NCBI GenBank assembly: GCA_977017645.1
Contig: OZ360240.1
Span: forward strand, 6,014,001 to 6,078,000
Direction of reading: 5' to 3'
DNA length: 64,000 bases
DNA from: Torpedo marmorata
Lineage: Eukaryota
Part shown: in pieces, positions 24,835-38,192 of the stretch
Layout: each line of letters begins with the position of its first letter
Position numbering within the stretch: position 1 is the stretch's first letter
Made by a program: the position numbers and the translations under genes
The notes under the pieces: model-generated
The model's database searches: none
Seen by the model: only the letters and a program-made list of their open reading frames with translations
Told to the model about the DNA's origin: nothing

Positions 24835-26270
24835 CAGTAAAACCCCTGGTATCTGGAATTCAAGCAACCGGCAGTCTCAAGCAACTGGCAAAAAAAAAGG
24901 AAAATAAATTAAAAAATTAAAATAAATAAGAATAAAATAATAGGTAAAAAATGCGCAAGTTTAAAATTGTAAAAGTAAATGTTCTCTGAAGTTACACATA
25001 AACCTTTGGTGAAGATGGGAGCAAATATTCAGCCAGCGGAGTGCCTTGGTCGTGCTTTGCTTGTTGCAGCTGTTTGAATAAAGTTGTGTGAAACAGCAAT
25101 GGCGTTGCCCAGGATGAAGAGCTGGTTAACGCCGCTCACCGTTGGAGTGACTCTCTTAAAAGTGTCTTCTTATGCTTGCTTTGTCAGAGTCACCCCAGTC
25201 AGAGGCTTTAGCTGTAAACTTGGAGGGGGGGGGGTAATTATCTATAATGTTATTATTCGTCTTTCCGGCAGCTCCGTGGAGGGGGAGGAACCTGCAGATG
25301 CAGTGACGGTTAAATGTTTTCAAAGAAAGTGTTACTGAACATAAAGTAAAATGTTTTAAGGTTTATACATTCATGCAAGTGAAGTTTGTTCAGTGTAAGT
25401 ACAGTACAGGTGCCTAACCTTTTATCTGAAAACCTTGGGACTGGACACTTTTCGAAATTTGGATTTTTTCGGATTATAGAATTAAAGAGGCCAACGTCCC
25501 CACTGCTGCGACCCGGGATGCCAACGTCACCGGCCCCGTTGTGATTTCGAACGCTGGTGAAGGTCCTGACCTGCCGGGAGGCCGATGTCGGTCCCGCTCC
25601 TGCCGGGAGGCTGACCCAGGACCTGCTCCTGCCGGGAGGCCGACGCCGGTTCCGCTCCTGACCTGCCGGGTGGCTGAAGCTGGTCCTGCTCCTGACCTGC
25701 CGGGAGGCCTACGCCGGCACCGCTCCTGCGTTGTGATTTGGAACGCAAGCGCAGATTTCTGGCGCTCTCTCTCCCTCTTCAATCTCTCTCCCTCCCCAGC
25801 GACGGCAACCTGCGCATGTGTTCCAAATCGGAGGCGCTGGACAAAGTGGGGGGGGTGGGGGGGGTTGCAGCGGCGCTGGACAGGGGGGGAGGGGGGGGGG
25901 TTGCAGCGATATCCGTACCTGTAAGACGTCTCAGCTGCTGCCAGGAGGCCAACGTCCCCGACGTTCCACTAACTATCGACGCAGACTGACACGGGATTTT
26001 CAAGTGTGAGTTAAGTTTAGGTCGCGTCGTGTCATGTTTGGTGAGCACATTACATCCATGAAAAAAAGTTCGGTTTTCGGTGGTTTCCGGTTGTCGGAAT
26101 TCCGGATAAAAGGTTAGGCACCTGTATAGTATTTTTGTCTTTTAAACTGTTTATTCTTAATGAAAATATATTAGTTAGGCATTGTAAGAGTAAGTCTCAA
26201 GCAACCGGAAAATACACTTATCCGGCAACTCCTAATCCCCATAGGTGCTCGATACCAGGGGTTTTTACTG
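24835..26270. mobile_element. Tigger/pogo-like MITE (outer)
   Basis: TIR CAGTAAAACCCCTGGTATC / GATACCAGGGGTTTTTACTG-TA; subterminal tcaagcaaccgg repeats. Confidence 0.85.
25407..26124. mobile_element. Nested TA-flanked MITE (inner)
   Basis: TIR CAGGTGCCTAACCTTTTATC at both ends, TA TSD, internal cctgccgggaggc repeats. Confidence 0.92.
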
Positions 26271-26352
26271 TATATCTCATCTTTAATAAAGCGATCAGTA
26301 TTCCAGTTCCATAAATCACCCTGCACAGTTGCAACAAGATTTCCCTACTTTT

Positions 26353-26573
26353 AAAGGTAAAGGTTCCATTATTGTCACGTAATACTACATTTAGAATGCA
26401 ACATACATGAAATTCTTTAATTTTTGTCTACCGTAAGGCAGACAAGAGAGTCGCTACTTTGTCCAGCACCTGATGTTCGTAGGCAGTCTCCCCTCCAAGT
26501 ACTGACCAGTCCTGTGCCTGCTTAGCTTCCGAGATCAGACAATCCCAGTCGTATTCAGGCTATTAGTGCTGTA
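26353..26573 (-). mobile_element. 5S rRNA-derived SINE, copy 2
   Basis: Matches 5221..5460, with a ~20-nt deletion between CAGC microhomologies. Confidence 0.88.
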
Positions 26574-27079
26574 TATTCCATTCCCTTTTAAATTAAGGCC
26601 AACTTTCAATTTAGATAATATGAGAGAGAGAAAACATCAGAAATTGATTCTTTAAACAACTATGTTTGCTGAATTTAAACCTGCATCTGTATTTACAACA
26701 AAACATACCATGAAATTCCAATATGCGACAACTGCCGTTTAGTTTCAAGATTCACAAATTAAAAATTAAATTTGTATCATGTTCTTAAAATAAGGTGATT
26801 ACCGTATTTAGATTACACCAAAACTGTGATGAAAAATGTGGAAATTAAAAATAACTATTAATGTCATAAGCCATTTTAACTGTAATAAAACTTGAAGCTC
26901 GTCACAATAGTTTGGATTTAATCAAAAGGATCTATTTAAGATTGCTCAGTCACTATTACAAAAATATGGACAGCAAACTTTGCTCGCATGTCTGAAGCTG
27001 CTGGGATTTGTAGAATGAACAGTGGGTGGGTTTCAATATGAATGCAGACTTCTCAACTGCAGTCTGAAATTTCAAGTAT

Positions 27080-27610
27080 TGCTGCAAGAACACTGAAATA
27101 GAAGCATCAAGTTATCCCCTTGAGCTTTAACCCTTCACACCTTTGTGATGACACCATTTTCCGTCTTGTCCTTCACTTTTGGTTAATAAAAATCCTTCTA
27201 TCACAGATTTAAAAATTATTAACCTGGCATCAAATTCCACCAGCAGAAAAGAGTTCGACACTCCTACCATGCTTTGCAGAGAAATGCTCCCAAGCTTCAG
27301 TGATGAAAGGTCTGGCTCTGATTTTTGGAATTATACCCAGAGTTCATCATTTACCAGAGAAATACATTTCTCTATCTATTCTATTTAATGTTTATTATCA
27401 AAAACTTCAATTAAATTCCCTTTAGCTTTCCAAATTTCACAGGAAAAAACTCAGCTTCTATAATCTATCCTCACAATTTAACCCTCAAAGTCAAGTATTA
27501 TTCTAGAAAGCCAATATGCACTTCCTCAAAGGAATCATTCCTAATGTGTGTTGCTCAAGAGCTGCTCTCAGTACTCTGGTTGTAGTCCAAATAGAATATT
27601 GTTTAGCTGT
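27080..27610 (-). mobile_element. Old CR1 3' fragment
   Basis: Decayed resemblance to the CR1 3' region (agagaaatgctcc, cttctataatctatcctc). Confidence 0.45.
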
Positions 27611-27634
27611 GATCTATGTCCTTGTGCTCTAATA

Positions 27635-27834
27635 CCGCACTGTATAACTGGATCCTGGATTCCTTGGTATTGACAGTTTGTTTACATTTCTCTCTTTTGT
27701 GTGTGCATCTTTTCTTGAGTACAGCTTTCTGCACTACTGATAAGTAGAAATTCTGCCTGGCCCGCAGGAAAGAATCTCAGGGCTGTATGTGATGTCATGT
27801 ATGTACTCTGACAATAAATCTGAACTTTGAACTT
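27635..27834 (+). mobile_element. Rex1-like subfamily B 3' tail
   Basis: gcccgcaggaaagaatctcagggctgtatgtgatgtcatgtatgtactctgacaataaa. Confidence 0.75.
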
Positions 27835-28854
27835 AATTCCCTACACAAGGCCACCCGCTCACTGGCCAATTTGATTATTTTCTGTATCTGCTCTTGATAT
27901 TTTGATCTATATACATATACCACAATGTTTCTTTGGTCCTCCACTGGTTCTATTTTCACCATTTGAAAAGAATTTTGTTCTACTGCTGTTATTTTTTAAA
28001 TCCAAAGTGAAGCATCTCTCATTTTCCCTTACTGAAAATTATTTGCCAATTTTGCACATTCACCTAATTTTCTAATACTACTACTGTACTTAATGTAATA
28101 CGACCACTTGCAATATTGTCTTTTTTCCCCATTAGCAAGCAAACGCAAAACCAATACTGTCTTCACCTGATGTCATGCATGCATGATGCAGTAGGGATAA
28201 TTAGGTGACACCACTTTGATTGGAAATTTCAACTTTGGCCAGTTTAAGCACTTTGTTGCTCTCGTTTAGCAATAAACTTTCGGAGTAAAGGTAGCAGTTA
28301 GAGTCGTCATCTCCTGACCTGACTGGATCAGTATTAAGTATTGCATTCAAGTATAGTATGAGGAAAAATGGTTTAAGAATTTATAAATCATTCAGGATAT
28401 TTTGTGCTCTCAAAAGTACTTGTCACCTTAATGCAATGTGGAATGTGCTGCTATTGCTATGATAAGTTACGTTCAAAATGACAAGATACGACTAATCTAC
28501 CCAATAAAACTATTCTAGGTCTGCTCTGCCCTGACCATAAATAGGAGCAGGAGCAAGTCAAAAGCATGCATGAGCCTACTTGGCCATTTTAATAAATTAT
28601 TGTGGATCCAATCCTGACTTCAATACCACTGTTCCACTCTCTCCCATACCCTATAATGGGTCCATCTCTGCCATGGATATATTCATTACACTGTCTCTAC
28701 ACTTTTCTGGAGCAGAGAATTCCAAAGAGCCACCAATTCAGGATAAATTCCTTATCTTCATCTTAAATGGGCAACCTTTTATTCTGAAATAAAATACCAG
28801 TTCCAGATAACCCTATGAGTGAAAACATCCTATCTTTCTAAATATTTCTATCTA

Positions 28855-29068
28855 AAAAAACTTCAGATGCTGGAAATCTTAATGCTGTAATATTGAGGCC
28901 AGGCAGCATCTGTGGAATGAGATGTAAATAGACATTTCAGATCAAAGATCATTTACCAAAACAGGCAAAGAGGGAAAAATTGTATCCAACCGGTTTTCTC
29001 TCTTTCATAATTCTAACAAGTCTTTGACCAAAAACATTAACTCTGTTTTGTTTTCCCACAGATTCTAC
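28855..29068. mobile_element. Two old Penelope-type tails in inverted orientation
   Basis: cagatgctggaaatct...cagcatctgtgga on one side and aacattaactctg...cccacagat on the other. Confidence 0.45.
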
Positions 29069-29070
29069 TT

Positions 29071-30726
29071 AGACAATAGACAATAGGAGCTGGAGTAGGC
29101 CCTTCGGCCCGTCGAGCCAGCACCACCATTTTACAGATCATGGCTGATCATTACTATCAGTACCCCTTTCCAGCCTTATCCCCATAACCCTTAACTCCTC
29201 TGCCCACTAGAGTCTTATCTAACTCTCTTTTGAACATAATCAGCGAATCTGCCTCTACCACCCTCTGTGGCAGAGCATTCCACAGATTCACACTTCTCTG
29301 GGTAAAAAAATTTTTCCTCATCTCCGTCCTAAAGGGCCTTCCCTGTATTCTTAAACTATGCCCTCGTCTCTCCCATCATTGGGAACAAGTAATCCAACTT
29401 CACCCTGTCTATCCCCTTGATAATCTTGTATACCTCAATCATGTCCCCCCTCATCCTTCTAAACTCCATCAGATATAAGTCCAGTTTTTCTAACCTTTCA
29501 GCATATGTCAACCCTGCCATCCCTGGAACTAACCTTGTAAATCTGCGCTGCACACCCTCTATAGCTAGTATGTCCTTCCTCAAGTTTGGAGGCCAGAACT
29601 GGACACAATACTCCAGGTGGGGTCTCACCAGGGCCCTGTACAACTGCAGAAGGGCGTCTCTGCTCCTATACTCCAATCCCCTCTTTATGAAAGCCAACAT
29701 GCCATTTGCCCTCTTCACAGCTTTCTGAACCTGCATGTTAGCCTTCAGTGACCGGTGTACAAGTACACACAGATCCATTTGCACTTCCCCACTCCCTAGC
29801 TTGTCTCCATTTAATTAATACTCAGCTTTCCTATTACTGCCCCCAAAATGGATAACCTCATTGAACTTCATCTTCCATTCTTCAGCCCACTCCCCCAACC
29901 TGTCCAAGTCCCTCTGCATTTTCCTGACATCCTCCTCACACTTTACACCGCCACCCAGTTTAGTGTCGTCTGCAAACTTGCTCATGTTATTAATAATCCC
30001 ATCATCCAAATCATTTACATAAATGACAAACAACTGAGGACCCAACACCGATCCCTGCGGCACTCCACTCGTCACATCCTGCCATCCTGAAAAAGACCCG
30101 CTTACCCCAACCCTTTGTTTCCTATTTCTTAACCAATTTCCTATCCATGTCAGCACCTTTCCTCCAATACCATGCTCCATGATCTTGCCCACTAGTCTCC
30201 CGTGTGGGACCTTATCAAAGGCCTTCTGGAAGTCCAAATACACCACATCCACTGGCTCTCCCAAGTCCACCCTCTTTGTCACATCTTTGAAAAATTCCAG
30301 AAGGTTAGTCAAGCATGACTTACCCTTAAGGAATCCATGCTGACTAGCCCTTATACTATTATTTCTGCCTAAGTGTTCTACTATTACTCCTTTTATGATA
30401 GATTCCAATATCTTCCCCACCACTGACGTCAGGCTGACCGGTCTATAATTTCCCGTTTTCTCCCTCCCTCCCTTCTTAAAAAGCGGCACCACATCAGCCA
30501 CTCTCCAATCCACAGGGACCTCCGCCGAATCTATGGAACTTTGGAAAATATCGACCAGTGCCTCCACAATTTCCAGAGCAACCTCTTTAAGCACCCTGGG
30601 ATGCAGCCCATCAGGCCCTGGGGATTTATCAGCCCTCAGTCCCAACAATTTACTCACAACCTCCTGCTTCTGGATCCGGATATCCATCAGATCCCCTACT
30701 TCCCCAGGAAAGTTCCCCAAGTCTCT
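29071..30726 (-). mobile_element. CR1 LINE, 5'-truncated
   Basis: ORFs 29815..30720 (YLDFQKAFD, GVPQGSVLGP, FADD) and 29356..29784 (RPHLEYCVQFW); short tandem tail (agacaat)n. Confidence 0.95.
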
Positions 30727-30911
30727 TGATACTGCATGACCACTACCCCCTAACTGACCATAACCTATATCCTCCTTGTTTATATTTTTTCATACATCAC
30801 CCCCTTCATCCCAGGATGATGACAGTGTTAATTCTACATTCTACTTCAGAACTCTATTGTGCCTTTGCAAGTGTTGTCTCCAATTTCTTAAATAGTACAA
30901 TTAAATCATCT

Positions 30912-31200
30912 CCAGTAATAGTTAAACAACTGGACTAGTTATTCAGAAGCTAGACAAATTAAAATGCCAACATTGTAGATGGAGAATTTAAATAAGAGGA
31001 AATTTAATAAAATGAGCTAATCTCAGTCATTGATGACAATCAAACTACCAAACCAACATAAAACACACCTTGTTCATTATATCTCTGACCTGACTCAGTC
31101 TGGATTGTTTGTGATACCAAACCTACTTCAATGTAATCGAATCAAAATTGCCTTCTGAAATGGCCTAACAAGCAATTCAGTTATATCAAAGCAGCAGGAA
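30912..31200 (+). mobile_element. Old shark-type SINE / L2-associated repeat
   Basis: ctggactagt...tgccttctgaaatggcctaacaagcaattcagtt resembles a common chondrichthyan repeat; a related copy lies on the opposite strand at ~31830..32070. Confidence 0.4.
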
Positions 31201-33306
31201 TAAAACATGTTAAGACAAAACTAGACAGACCATTACACATCAAGTTCAACTCCAGACTATAACACAGCAAAGTCACTTCCAGGCCAATCACTGTACAGTA
31301 CTGGGCACAAGATCTGGGTATTCAGGGCTAAATTGGAAGGGTTGGCACACACTTAACATGTTTCAGTCTGATCTAGTAATGTTAAATGTAGTCACTACTT
31401 TAATGGAACTGTTCATTCAATGGAGTTTGTGCACATTGCCAGCTCACACCTGCCCAAAAAAGAATATACCACATACCAAACCAAATCATCTTAAAATTGT
31501 TAAGATATCTCAATGATGTTAGTGAGGCACTATGTTTAGGCAGGTATTTCCTTCTAAAAGGCTACATCGCCCAGCATCTAGTCAGCAAACATATGAAAAT
31601 GGTTTGGCAATCCATGTATGTGGATGGAGTGGTTTTTACCAGTCCCTTCTTTTATTGCCATATTATTTCCTGAAAACATACAACTCCCTACCTCTAACCA
31701 TCTTCTATTCAATTATTAAAAGATAATTGGAACCTCTGATTACCAGGATTAAAAATATCACACTGACAGGTTCTTTATTTATTGTGCAACCCTAATATTT
31801 TTTCATGAAATAGACAGCTTCCTCTGCTATTTCAGAAGGCAGTTAGCGTCAACCTTATTTGTCAATTAAGATTAATTAATAGGCCAGATTGCAAAAAAAA
31901 AAATCCTGAGGGTTACTGAGCAATAATTCAACAGTTTGATGGTTATCATTATTGATACTAGTGAGTAATTACTTGAACCTAAATTCTCCCACTGTCATGG
32001 TGAATTCAAACTTGCATCTCTAGGTTCATAGTTCAAGTCTCAGAATCCTAGCCCAATAACAATCATAATCCCACGTATCCAGTAAGATCAAGTGTCATAG
32101 ATGGAATGTTACCTGTCTGGTAGCAGAGCGAGAATACATCCTAAACTGGCTTGAAAGATCATTTGGGGGACTAGGCAAGGATCTATCATTGCAATACATA
32201 TTAGGATAGACCACATGAGAAAGGGGTTCCCCTTTCCTGAGTACCTCAAACAAATAGCAAAATTAAGAACATTACTTCAAGAATTCTAAGACAACTGCAA
32301 CTAGTATAGGGATAATGAGATTTCAAAGGAATGTAAGTGAAAGAGATATTCCATTTCATAGCTAACTAGCATCAATAAAGGATAGGAAGTAACTGAACCA
32401 GTGGATTAAGCTTCATCTGAATCAGGTTGGGACCACAATCCTAAAGGATAAATACTGAACATGTAATTTGATCACATGTTCCCACTGGAAGTTGGAAGAG
32501 ACTTGAGGGGGTAAAGGTCCTATTTTGTTTCTCTCTCTCATAATAAGCCATCCTAAACTTTACTTGATCGTGGCAAAATTCACCAAAAAACAATTTGTTT
32601 AAAAGTTAGCATAACATTAAAATCATAACAACATTCTGATCATGCTTGATAACTCACATCTACAAGGCTTCAACTGGGTTCACAACATTATTCACCACAA
32701 TAAAAAAACAAAGCTAGAACATTTATCACTATGTTATTTGATTAAAATTATTAAAACCTTACTTTATTTTGTGAACTTGGATAACAGCTGCACGTCTTTA
32801 CTCTATTATATAGTCCGTCAATTTAAACAAGTCCCAGCTGTTGAAACACAACAATACAGTGTACTAACGTGTACAGTTAATGAATGGCTGGGTATGCTAA
32901 TCTGAATAAAGTTCTAACTGCTCGCTGCCAGATTCCCCTTCCCTCCTCCAGAGATCGACTGCATTCCAATTACACTTATGGCTGGAATGAAACCATTTCA
33001 GACAAAAATACCAGTTTACAATCTTCTAAAGGCATTCAGTAGTACACTATAAGCAACATAATACACATACTCAGAAGTCAAAGAATTAGGGTTTGCAATC
33101 TTCATTTTAAAGGATGGGGAAAAAATCTAATATCTTTACAACCTGCCAGATTATACACACAGAATGACTATCTTAATTTGCATATTGGTGAAATGTAAAG
33201 CAGGAAGACAGGCACTGTCTCAGTTACTTGTTCAATGTTCATGGTTGCTTTGGTTTTTTAAAGAAATAATGCTTATACTATATAGCATTCTGGTTTGAAA
33301 TAATCA

Positions 33307-35095
33307 CATCAGTTTCAATTTTTTTCTGTCTACAATTTTGCAAACTTTTAACATTATGTTTAATTTTCTGTGAAGATATCACTCCCCATCCTTTCTCCCC
33401 ATCAATCAAATCCACTTTAACCAAACTGCACCAAAGGATCACACGTGACAAAGTTCAACTGACCATCTCAGTTAAACGTCACAGATCCACTTCACAGAGA
33501 ATATTCTGTGACCAGTGATGTATCAGCAGGGATCTCTAATATTCTGCACAAGCAGGAAATAGTTTTTCTTTCCATGGTTTTACACCTCCGACAGTCCAGC
33601 CAGGCAGGAAACAATGCTACTCTGCAGTCAATTGCTCAAAAGTGCACAAGAGTTCAATATTTCAACAAGCTCTGCCTTCCTTCTCCTCCTTTAGGGAAAC
33701 TCCTGGCATCTATTTCACACCTCTGGTAGATCAGTTACTCAAGGCATGGAAATTCACAAAATATTCTAACACTGGAACACTTCACATTTGAAAAGATTGA
33801 AGTAATCCAATAGAAAATAGCACGAGTATTGGTTCAATTCTGAGCCATTATTCCCAAGTCCACAATTTGGAGAATTCCTGATTTCAAAGTAAATATACCG
33901 AAGATTATATGCAACAGTCACCCACTCTCCCAAACATGGGGCAGGGTGGGAAATATCAGAAGGCAAACCAACCAATCAACTTTGCAGTGGCAAAGGAAAT
34001 AGCTGTATGCTTTCCTTTCTTGGACAGTGATTGGCATGACACCAATGAAATTTGGGTGTTTCTTCTAAATGGTGAAAACTATTTATAATGCATAGTTTTA
34101 CCACAAATATACCACAGCAGGCAACATGACTGACAAGAGCCGAACTGACTAGCCTGGCTGTTCCAGTAATCTAACCTGTCTGTCCTCATCTCCAAACCAA
34201 GATCTGGTAATACTTCCTTTGAATAATTAACCAAAGCAGTACAAATGTAAGCAGAGATCAAGTTGTTTTTAGGTACGTATTAAACATTATTTCATGTTCG
34301 AAAAGCCTGCTGTTGTTTTTTGTGTTGTTTAACCGCTGATATAAGTATTCTGCTGATGCTACTGAGCTGCTTAAAGCCATTGTTCTGATAACCGGAAAAA
34401 ACCCAATAACCGAAAAACATCTGGTCCCGAGCGTTTCGGATACGGGGAAACGTACTGTATAAGAAATGAAAATGCTTTTAGGAACAAAGGATTTGCAAAG
34501 CAATAAAAAAAACAGGGATTGAACCAGCCTGATTTCTTGGTTGTTGCATGATATCACTAAGTTGTTATCAATCTCTATCAATTAATTATTACACATCCAA
34601 ACTTTACTCTAAATAGACTTGGTTTAAAATCACATGGCCACTGAGTTTCAATTCTTTTCAGCCTCGTCAACTTCAAATACCAAAATAAATGGCAAGACAA
34701 AAAAATCCACACTGATCAACGTGATGCAACTGCAGAAATATTACTGACAATCTAAAGGATGTAAACTGTGCATGTGGCAAATATTTAAGACATCTGTCTC
34801 TCTCTCTCTTACACAATGTTTTGAAAACAATGCTAAAAACAGATACAGTGCTGTCAGCCAGCTGTTCTACAGGGAATACTACAGACTGCTAGCCTTCTCT
34901 TTGTGAAGTGGATCTGAGACGTTTAACTGAGATGGTCAGTTGAACTGTAATTTGTGATCCTTTGGTGCAGTTTGGTTAAAGTGGATTTGGTTGTTGGGGG
35001 GAAAAGGATGGGGAGTGATATTTTTATAGAAAGTTAAACATAATGGTAAAAGTTTGCAAAATTGTAGCCAGACAGAGAAAAAATTGAAACTGATG
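33307..35095. repeat. ~200-bp inverted repeat pair (33307..33501 / 34895..35095)
   Basis: For example aaatccactttaaccaaactgcaccaaaggatcaca and agttcaactgaccatctcagttaaacgtc both occur as exact reverse complements in the right arm. Confidence 0.93.
34380..34458. mobile_element. Right end of a Tigger-like MITE
   Basis: ctggtcccgagcgtttcggatacggggaaacgtactg-TA; no matching left end seen. Confidence 0.5.
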
Positions 35096-35614
35096 AATCT
35101 TAGGTATGATTATCTCTACATTTTTTTTCCCAAAAGTTTGACTGATATGCTGGATGCCTGACATTTTAACACAAGACTAAAATGTACAGTCATAACTCTT
35201 CCTGCCATAATGCAACATTTTTAGGTTCAACCACAGGGCTAATGTAACAGAGAAAGGATCCAAGATTAACAGACATAATAAAAAAATTAAGTGGCCAAGA
35301 TGGTCCATAACATCATTTTGTATGTGTTCAGAAGCTATTAAACAGCTTTATACATTTCACTCAACAAGTTACAGGAACATTGCACTAAATTTAAAAAGGC
35401 AAGTTTGAAAAGTTAATGTTCCTAGTGTTGTGTGTGTAACCAATTAAATTGTTTCCTGAAGTCTGAGAATTGGCACTTTCATCCAACAAATGTTAATGTT
35501 TACCATACGCACTGGAACCAATCATCAGTCACTAAAAATGGTTCCACCTCTGCAATTACTGGAAGATTCATCTTTCCTGTTTTTTTGAGCATCTGCTTCC
35601 ACTATAACTGTGGA

Positions 35615-36910
35615 GTGAAACACAGAAGTCTGCAGATGCAGTGAGTGTAAAAATACAATGCTGGAGAAACTCACCAGGTCACACAGCGTACTTTATATAG
35701 CAAAGATAAAGATACCATACATAACCAACATTTCAGGCCCGAGCCCTTTATCAAGGTGCAGGTGCTCGAATAAAATGCTGGGGGAGGGGGGTGAGAAACA
35801 GGCTAGAGGGAGGAGCACAGGCCCACAGGCAAGAGGTAATAGGTGGATAAGTGAGGAAGGGGGAGGGGGTTATATCTCTTTGAATGGAGAAGGAAAGGGG
35901 TGGAGAGCAAGAGGAAAGGAAACAGAGGGAGAAGGAAGGGAGGGAGAACGGGGAGTGGTCTAGCAGAAACTGGAGGTCGATATTAATGCTATCTGGTTGG
36001 AGAGTGCCCAGATGAAATATTAAAAATTAGAATCAGAATTTATTGTCATGTCATGTGTCATGAAATTCGTTATTAGGTGTTGCTCCTCCAATTTACGGAT
36101 GGCCCTGGTTTGGCAGTGCACAAGGCCATGGACAGACATGTCAGCATGGAAGTGGGGCACAGAATTGAAATGGTTGGCTACTGGGAGATCCCAGTTATTG
36201 AAGTGGACAGAGCGAAGATGCTCAGCGAAGCGATCTCCCAGTCTGCATCCATTCTCTCCGATGTAGAGAAGGCCACAACGGGAGCTCCGGTTGCAGAAGA
36301 TGACCCCACAGATTCACAAGTAAAGTGTTGCTTCACTTGTAAGGACTGTTTGGGGCCCTGAATGATGGTGATGGAAGAGGTGTGGGTGCAAGTGTGGCAC
36401 TTCCTGCAGTCACAGGGGTAGGTGCCAAGGGGGTGATTAGTGGGAAGGGATGAGTGTACGAGGGAGTCACGGAAGGAGCGGTCCCTGCAGAAGGCGGCGA
36501 GGGGAGAGGGGAAGATGTGCCTGGTGGTGGGATCACGTTGTAGGTGACGGAAATTGCGGAGGATGGTGGGGTGATAGGTGAGGACAAGGGATATCCTGTT
36601 CTTGTTGCGTCTGGGAGCAGATGTGTGGAAAATGGAGGAGATGCGGGTACGGGCTGAATTGATGGTGGTAGAGGGGAAGTCACGTTGTTTGAAGGAGGAG
36701 GACATCTTCGAGGGTTTGGAATGGAAGACCTCATCTTGGGAACAAATGTGACGAACTCCCACAATTACATTTTCTATAAACCTACTAACTCCCACAATTA
36801 CCTCGACTACACTTCTTCACACCCTGTCCCCTGTACGGATTCTTTTCCTTTCTCTCAATTCCTCCGTCTTCATTGCATCTGCTCCCAAGATGAGGTTTAC
36901 CATTTCAGAT
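35615..36910 (-). mobile_element. Older Penelope copy with an inverted 5' segment (36752..36910 on +) and a ~55-bp Rex1 tail insertion (~36020..36070)
   Basis: ORF 36178..36795 homologous to 6840..8364; CpG-decayed hammerhead at ~35720..35757. Confidence 0.88.
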
Positions 36911-37034
36911 CAATAATTCCAATGCTAATGTAACAATAGATGAAAATCATTGGAAAGAATTATGTAAATTAAGTATGACGAAGATTATTAATGTTAGATA
37001 TAGATTAGTACAATATAATTTTTTTCATCAATTA

Positions 37035-38192
37035 CCGTATATTTCGGCGTATAAGTCGACCAGCAGATAAGTCGACCCCCTTTTTCAGCCTCATTTTAAT
37101 GGTTTTATGGTATATCTGGCGTATAAGTCGAACCCCAAAAATCGCGATGCCTGAGATGTTGCGCATTGACCGGCGTATAAGTCGACCCCCAATTTTCAGG
37201 CTGTCTGGGCCTCCTAGCAACAACCCAAAATTTGTTACAACATCCCATTCGCCAAGTAACAAAGCTGTAAATTAAGCAAGTACCACACCGGTAAGTTAAA
37301 AAAACAGTAAAAAAAAAACCTTTGCTTCTGGCCGGGTAGATGCAGGTGCGGCGACGTCTTTCTCCTGAGCAGTAGCGGGGACTCATTCTCCTGAGCAGGA
37401 ACGTCTTTCTCCTGAGCAGTAGCGTGGAGCTCGTTCTCCCGAGCAGTAGCGGGGACTCATTCTCCCGAGCAGGAGCGGGGACGTCTTTCTCCCAAGCAGG
37501 AGCGGGGACGTCGTTCTCCCGGGCAGGTGTGGGGACTCGTTCTCCTGAGCAGGAGCGGGGAGCTCGTTCTCCCGAGCAGGAGCGGGGAGCTCGTTCTCCC
37601 GAGCAGGAGCGGGGACATCGTTCTCCCGGGCAGGTGCGGGGACTCGTTCTCCCGGGCAGGAGCGGGGAACTCGTTCTCCCGAGCAGGAGCGGGGAGCTCG
37701 TTCTCCCGAGCAGGAGCGGGGACGTCGTTCTCCCAGGTAGGAGCGGGGAGCTCATTCTCCCGAGAAGGAGCGGGGAGCTCATTCTCCCGGGTAGGAGCAG
37801 GGAGCTCATTCTCCCGAGCAGGAGCGGGGACGTCGTTCTCCCGTTTAGGAGCGGGGAGCTCGTTCTCCCGAGCAGGAGCGGGGAGCTCGTTCTCCCGAGC
37901 AGGAGCGGGGACCTCGGGCTCTACAATTGTAGAATGTCTGGGTGGTTTATGGCGGCGCCCGGCGGTGGGGAGGTGTCGTAGAGAGGCGGCGCCGGCGGTG
38001 GGGAGGCGCTTCCAGGGTCGACCTATACGCCGAATCGTGTTTTCAGGGGTCGACTTATACGCTGAATCGGCGTGAACTCGATTTTGAGCTGATTTTAAGG
38101 TCTCAAAAGTATATCTGGCGTATAAGTCGACCCCCGTTTTTTGAGACATTTTTGAGGGTTTCAAGGGTCGACTTATACGCCGAAATATACGG
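37035..38192. mobile_element. Tc2/pogo-like non-autonomous DNA element
   Basis: TIR CCGTATATTTCGGCGTATAAGTCGACC at both ends; TA duplicated relative to the empty site caattatattta at ~43628. Confidence 0.93.
37345..37912. repeat. 27-bp GC-rich minisatellite, about 20 units
   Basis: Unit GAGCAGGAGCGGGGAGCTCGTTCTCCC. Confidence 0.93.

Noticed and set aside
32113-32140. Possible exon ending ACAG|gtaac, considered as SMURF exon 1
   Set aside because: No MSN..RR..RLT peptide and no ATG in the frame needed to join exon 2.
37105-38164. Long overlapping ORFs
   Set aside because: A by-product of the stop-free 27-bp minisatellite.
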